IMG/VR virus record: IMGVR_UViG_3300046519_000369
Origin: an uncultured virus (IMG/VR IMGVR_UViG_3300046519_000369)
Taxonomy: Duplodnaviria; Heunggongvirae; Uroviricota; Caudoviricetes
Direction: 5' to 3' (one strand)
Length of the DNA: 64,000 nucleotides
Part shown: positions 59,820 through 64,000 of the stretch, one piece after another
How positions within the stretch are numbered: the stretch's first letter is position 1
How the letters are laid out: every line of letters starts with the position of its first letter
Notes under the pieces: model-generated
What the model was told of the DNA's origin: nothing
Databases searched by the model: none
What the model saw: the letters and a program-made list of their open reading frames with translations, nothing else
Made by a program: the position numbers and the translations under genes

Positions 59820-59975
59820 ACTTAATATACTAATGAAAAGCCTAAATTATAAAATTCGTCAGTAGACAGGTAATAGTATTCATTACATTGCCTAACTCTA
59901 GCACACGAGATAAGATTGATAGAATTTCATCAATAAAAGTTGATAAATAAAATGACTATAGTTTAGGAAAGATGA

Positions 59976-60344
59976 ATGGAAAGCGAATATACATATAGTT
60001 GTCTTTTAGCTGATAGAGGTATTCCACTATCATTAATCAATCCTGGAAGTACTGAGGTAGCTTTATATTTTGATGATGCTCTAATGGCTTTGGAAATGCA
60101 TAAAAAAAATAAAACTATAATTTTAGGGGGGGATGTACTAATAGAAAAAGATGGTGAATTAATGTACGTATATCAATTATGGGGAAATGAGTATATTTAT
60201 CTAAATTGGTATTTTGAACCTAATCAGAATAACTTGTCAGATTGTTACATGGCGAGTCATGAAGCTGCTCTTAAGAACCTCTGTGAAATTAAAAAAAATA
60301 GTGATCAGTTCAAAACAACTTGCCTTATTGTTTTTGTTATCTAA
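59976..60344 (+). CDS. Imm40-like immunity protein
   Basis: GI.L...G..EVAL...AL......ILGGDV......NWY. Confidence 0.65.
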   Translation: MESEYTYSCLLADRGIPLSLINPGSTEVALYFDDALMALEMHKKNKTIILGGDVLIEKDGELMYVYQLWGNEYIYLNWYFEPNQNNLSDCYMASHEAALKNLCEIKKNSDQFKTTCLIVFVI

Positions 60345-60508
60345 TTATTGTTTCCAACTAAAGTCACCTAATTTTTACTTTTTCTATAGAAAAAATTAAC
60401 TTATTTCGGTTTGCAATTAGTCTTATTTATATATCAAAGCCTTATTATAAATAAGCTGGGATATTTTTTTAGATTAAAATTTAAACTTATTCATTTAAAG
60501 AGAAAACT

Positions 60509-60883
60509 ATGGCTAATATTAAAATTCATGCGGGCGACTTCAATAAAGGAAAAGGAACTATAAGTTTCATGTTTGGTAATTGTTCAATTACTCCTCCTTA
60601 TGGTGACGGTGATAAATGGGCACCAACATCACATCCTATTGTTTCTGGGAATATTGAGGAAATATCCTTAGCCACGGAAGAGAATGTAAAAAGAATTGGT
60701 GGCACAGTTGGATGGGGGATTGCTGGGGCTGCTCTACTTGGTCCTTTAGGTTTATTGGCTGGTCTACTATTAGGTGGAAAAGGAAAAGATGTAACATTCA
60801 TCTTAAAACTTAAAGATGGTAGAAAAATGCTAGCAACAACTGATAGTAAGTCATATACAAAACTTTCCGCTTTAGCTTTTTAA
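60509..60883 (+). CDS. Glycine-zipper protein
   Basis: GGTVGWGIAGAALLGPLGLLAGLLLGG. Confidence 0.75.
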   Translation: MANIKIHAGDFNKGKGTISFMFGNCSITPPYGDGDKWAPTSHPIVSGNIEEISLATEENVKRIGGTVGWGIAGAALLGPLGLLAGLLLGGKGKDVTFILKLKDGRKMLATTDSKSYTKLSALAF

Positions 60884-60887
60884 ACCG

Positions 60888-61071
60888 ATTGAAATCTGTG
60901 AGCGCAACCCAAGCCAGGAGCAATTCTTTTATAGCTGGATTGCTTCACTATGAAATTTCTGGTTTTGCTGTGCATTCTATTTTCAGGATGCACAGCTCAT
61001 CCTATAAGTACAAATGTGAATACTTCTATTTGCGTTAGATCACTTTAAAAAAATCCCTGATTTCTCAGGGC
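60888..61071 (+). pseudogene. Remnant lysis cassette: endolysin 3' end, 32-aa lipoprotein (60950-61048) and terminator
   Basis: IEICERNPSQEQFFYSWIASL* then MKFLVLLCILFSGCTAHPISTNVNTSICVRSL*; homologous to 58675-58858. Confidence 0.9.
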
Positions 61072-61286
61072 TCAGTTTTCCTTAAATAAAGGTACCTTTT
61101 GGTCATCATAATTGCCCTCTATCCCAATTAGAGCGTGAAATTGGCTATGATATTTTCGGTTTAGAAGGATACTTAGATGGTGGATCACATCACATAGTGA
61201 ATTTTTTGATAATTTAATCAAAACCAGAGGCTAAGATAACTAATAAAAAAGGGGCTTTTCGCCCCTTAATTATTTAAACTTCTTTT

Positions 61287-61706
61287 TTATTTACTTTTGA
61301 AAATATAAATACCACTAAGAATTAAGAACATAGCTTGGAATAAAAACCATCCAAGTGTTGAATAATTAGAACACTTAGTGATGGAATCATAAATAATCTC
61401 CTTATAAGATACGGTTTCCATCATGTTTAGTAGTATTAATTCAGCTAATAATAGAACTAGAGAAATAACAGTGTAAAAATACTTATTTCTTATAAAAATT
61501 AAAATTATTGAAACGATGATCGATAATAAGCCACACATCCCTAACATTGATGGATCATTAGCTGAAACCCCATTTAACTCTTTAAAATAGGTAATAGTGC
61601 CTATAGCAATATATTCATTAATACATAAATCTTGCCCAAACTTATCTATCGTATATCCGCCTATACCTGATAAGAATAAAAATAATATGGCTACATATCT
61701 AATCAT
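61287..61706 (-). CDS. Putative immunity membrane protein
   Basis: Four TM segments; starts 3 bp after the toxin remnant. Confidence 0.7.
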   Translation of the reverse strand: MIRYVAILFLFLSGIGGYTIDKFGQDLCINEYIAIGTITYFKELNGVSANDPSMLGMCGLLSIIVSIILIFIRNKYFYTVISLVLLLAELILLNMMETVSYKEIIYDSITKCSNYSTLGWFLFQAMFLILSGIYIFKSK

Positions 61707-61709
61707 AAT

Positions 61710-62049
61710 TTACAAACTCAATTTTAATGATGGATCAAATTTCCATGTTTCAACTTGTAGTTCTGGATCTGCTCGGCAAGTTCCTTGGCATCCATCTGGA
61801 ATTGCTATTACATCACCATTTGCATCTGTACAGATCACAACAAAAGTTTCATAGAGCCAATCAGGATTCCTTTTATCAATGTTCATCAACTCTGCTGTTA
61901 ATCCTACTTGCATCTCTCCAAAGCCATAGCTGTTATGAGGGTAGACTTCACCTAAGTTAAGATAAAAGGATAAGAGGTTTTTTCTATAAGCCCATACACC
62001 ATGCATTTTTTCTTCAAATACAATAGATGCAACGATCTGAGGATCTATT
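61710..62049 (-). pseudogene. Truncated, internally deleted lysozyme-like toxin
   Basis: IDPQIVASIVFEEK..SYGFGEMQVGL..PDGC..C aligns with the 63351 protein but lacks its N-terminus and HNAG segment. Confidence 0.8.
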
Positions 62050-62055
62050 ACATTT

Positions 62056-62148
62056 GATGCTCAGCTAATACGATCAATAGCAATGTGAATGTATCAATCT
62101 GCGTTAGAGCACTTTAAAAAAAGCCCTGAGGGATCAGGGCTATTTTTG
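62056..62148 (+). pseudogene. Third partial copy of the lysis lipoprotein and terminator
   Basis: CSANTINSNVNVSICVRAL* plus AGCCCTGA..TCAGGGCT. Confidence 0.85.
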
Positions 62149-62149
62149 T

Positions 62150-62779
62150 CTAGTTTTCAAATTCCACATTATAAAGGGATGTTAAAGATGCCTTTAATTT
62201 TTCATCTTTAGTTTCTGCAATGTACTCTTGCATTTTCTCTTTATACTCAGGGTGTCCAGCTTTATATTTTGCATACAAGTATGAGAACTCGCCTATCTTA
62301 TAATCAGGGTCGGTCTTGTTTTCGGGTTTATCTAGTTCCACTTTTAGAACTTCTGCAACGTGGTCATAGCACTTATTAACCAAAGTACTTTCTTTCTTTT
62401 GTAAAGTTAGTAGCTGACATCTAAATGTAAGTCTTGCTGTGTCATTTGGTTTCTCTGCAAGTTGCTTATCATTCAATGCTTGTGCTTCTTCATATTTTTG
62501 CAAAGTCATGTAGATATTCATTTGCATAAATTCACGTTTTTTCTTATCCGAAATCTTACTGACTTCGGGCAATACTTCTACCATCTTTTTTTGAAATTCT
62601 TCAAAGTTACCCTCGCGGTAATATTTAAAGTAACTTTCATATTTATCAATGATTTTCTGATCTTCGGCAGATATCAGCTTAGGTGCTGTGATTTCGCTTT
62701 GTTTTGTACTATCCGAAGCATTGCTACAGCCACCAAGAAATGATGAATAAACGATAAATAGGGTTAAATACTTTTTCAT
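62150..62779 (-). CDS. Helical (TPR-like) lipoprotein, putative immunity protein
   Basis: LGGC lipobox; helical repeats. Confidence 0.7.
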   Translation of the reverse strand: MKKYLTLFIVYSSFLGGCSNASDSTKQSEITAPKLISAEDQKIIDKYESYFKYYREGNFEEFQKKMVEVLPEVSKISDKKKREFMQMNIYMTLQKYEEAQALNDKQLAEKPNDTARLTFRCQLLTLQKKESTLVNKCYDHVAEVLKVELDKPENKTDPDYKIGEFSYLYAKYKAGHPEYKEKMQEYIAETKDEKLKASLTSLYNVEFEN

Positions 62780-62876
62780 ACTTATGATTGAGTCTGCTTT
62801 AGAGGGGACGCCTTTTTCTGGACCACATTTAGATTAAATGTATTATAAAAAGCCCTAAATAATTAGGGCTTTTTTC

Positions 62877-62904
62877 TTGAGTATAGAGATATCTCTATAC
62901 TCAA
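62877..62904. repeat. Perfect 28-bp palindrome
   Basis: TTGAGTATAGAGATATCTCTATACTCAA. Confidence 0.9.
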
Positions 62905-62910
62905 ATTCCA

Positions 62911-63354
62911 TTATGCTTCTTTAGGTTTATGTTTAATATTCAATAATATGAATAAAATGGTATAAATAAGTAAGGAAATAAGCCACAGAATTAAATAAAT
63001 ATTTTGATCGAATTTAATAGTATTTATAACAAGTTGGTTGATTGGATCACTTTCAGCTAAAAATGCGCTTAAAAATAAGAAGATATAAACAAAAAAACCT
63101 ATTCTTAAAACATAAGTTATATTTTTAACAAAGAACATAATAAGGCCAAGTACGACACTTATAATTCCAAAGAACCATATTAAAACACTATCGTCATCTG
63201 CTGAGCCTTGCATGTCTCTTAAATAAATATATTCATCTACGCCGTAAGGGGCAAAAGTCACAAATCCTTTAGATAAGGATTCAAAGCAAATGGCTAAAAT
63301 GCCCGATACTATCAATACGATAGCCAAGTAATATTTTAAGTTTAGAGTTTTCAT
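62911..63354 (-). CDS. Putative immunity membrane protein
   Basis: Four TM segments; ATGA-coupled to toxin; same layout as 61287 protein. Confidence 0.72.
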   Translation of the reverse strand: MKTLNLKYYLAIVLIVSGILAICFESLSKGFVTFAPYGVDEYIYLRDMQGSADDDSVLIWFFGIISVVLGLIMFFVKNITYVLRIGFFVYIFLFLSAFLAESDPINQLVINTIKFDQNIYLILWLISLLIYTILFILLNIKHKPKEA

Positions 63355-64000
63355 ATTCCTGTATATCCTTCCCCAGCTTTCCAGTATTTATGCAATGTGC
63401 GTGGGGTTGCGGTACATGCTTCACAATTATCCGGTTTAGAATAAATAATACCGTTTAAAGCTTGTTTAATGGATTCTTGCCAATTTCTTGATCGATTATA
63501 AACTCTAGAGGGACTATCAAAACTAGCCTTATTAGTTGAAGGATCCAGATAAGAATCTAAACCCTTCTCACCAGCATTGTGCAGTATTGTAGCTTCCCTA
63601 GGGGTGAGCTGGCGGCCTAATTTTAATTGCTTTAAAGAAATATTCTTAGCGACAAGATCAGTTGCTACTTGAGGGTCGTTAGTGATGAGGTCAAATGTCT
63701 TTCTAAGCCTATTTGGGTCACTCTCCAGATAACCTAGCAGATCTGCGGCCAAACCTAATTGCATTTCACCAAGTCCATAGCTTCTATGAGGTTTAACGCC
63801 TCCGCGGTCTTTCGCATATGCAATATAGTTCTTGGCGATGGCTGCTGCTGAAAAGAATTTTTCCTGAAAAATAATTGAACCAACAGCCAACGGATCCACA
63901 CCATACTTTGCTGCGGAGGTATTAATGGCTGCATTGTAATAGGCAACCATATTTAAGCCATCCGGTGCTGGTACTGAACGATTAACCATAACATGATCAA
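63351..64000 (-). CDS. Lysozyme/SLT-like polymorphic toxin C-terminal domain (open to window edge)
   Basis: AAKYGVDP...SII.QE, SYGLGEMQ, HNAG. Confidence 0.65.
   Translation of the reverse strand, partial: DHVMVNRSVPAPDGLNMVAYYNAAINTSAAKYGVDPLAVGSIIFQEKFFSAAAIAKNYIAYAKDRGGVKPHRSYGLGEMQLGLAADLLGYLESDPNRLRKTFDLITNDPQVATDLVAKNISLKQLKLGRQLTPREATILHNAGEKGLDSYLDPSTNKASFDSPSRVYNRSRNWQESIKQALNGIIYSKPDNCEACTATPRTLHKYWKAGEGYTGI

Noticed and set aside
61088..61218. Short plus-strand reading frame KVPFGHHNCPLSQLEREIGYDIFG...
   Set aside because: No start codon or recognisable family; possibly a remnant but unsupported.
3110..63946. Many short antisense or overlapping ORFs in the track (e.g. 3117, 3351, 37518, 43485, 51430)
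   Set aside because: Shadow frames of well-supported genes, without RBS or motifs.

Overview
The window is mostly an apparently complete lambdoid (siphovirus-type) prophage of about 58-59 kb, roughly 1.3-60 kb. Low GC and gene families suggest an Acinetobacter host (inference). Gene order: integrase/xis, Sak-like recombinase, oL/pL, a three-gene cargo block in the lambda rexAB position, cI/cro/cII, Dam methylase, HNH, replication protein with iterons, Q, 7.3 kb of defence-like cargo between Q and its putative late promoter, terminase, portal, head, tail (with a GGGAAAG G/GT frameshift), tape measure, tail tip, two anchor-less tailspike-like genes, holin and GH108 endolysin. Both flanks hold collapsed fragments of related prophage(s) in which core genes were deleted and morons kept. 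On the right, degenerate copies of the lysis-cassette end alternate with toxin-remnant/immunity genes. Best candidates for undescribed biology: (1) a coupled Nudix + SRA-HNH (+ membrane protein) operon; (2) a YejK/NdpA-like protein + membrane protein + Cas2-like gene in the rexAB slot; (3) the lysis-cassette-linked orphan immunity array; (4) two paralogous type I TA-like loci; (5) anchor-less depolymerases; (6) a circularly permuted M23 domain in the tape measure protein. No att core, tRNA or CRISPR array was identified. All family assignments come from recognising motifs by eye; no searches were run.
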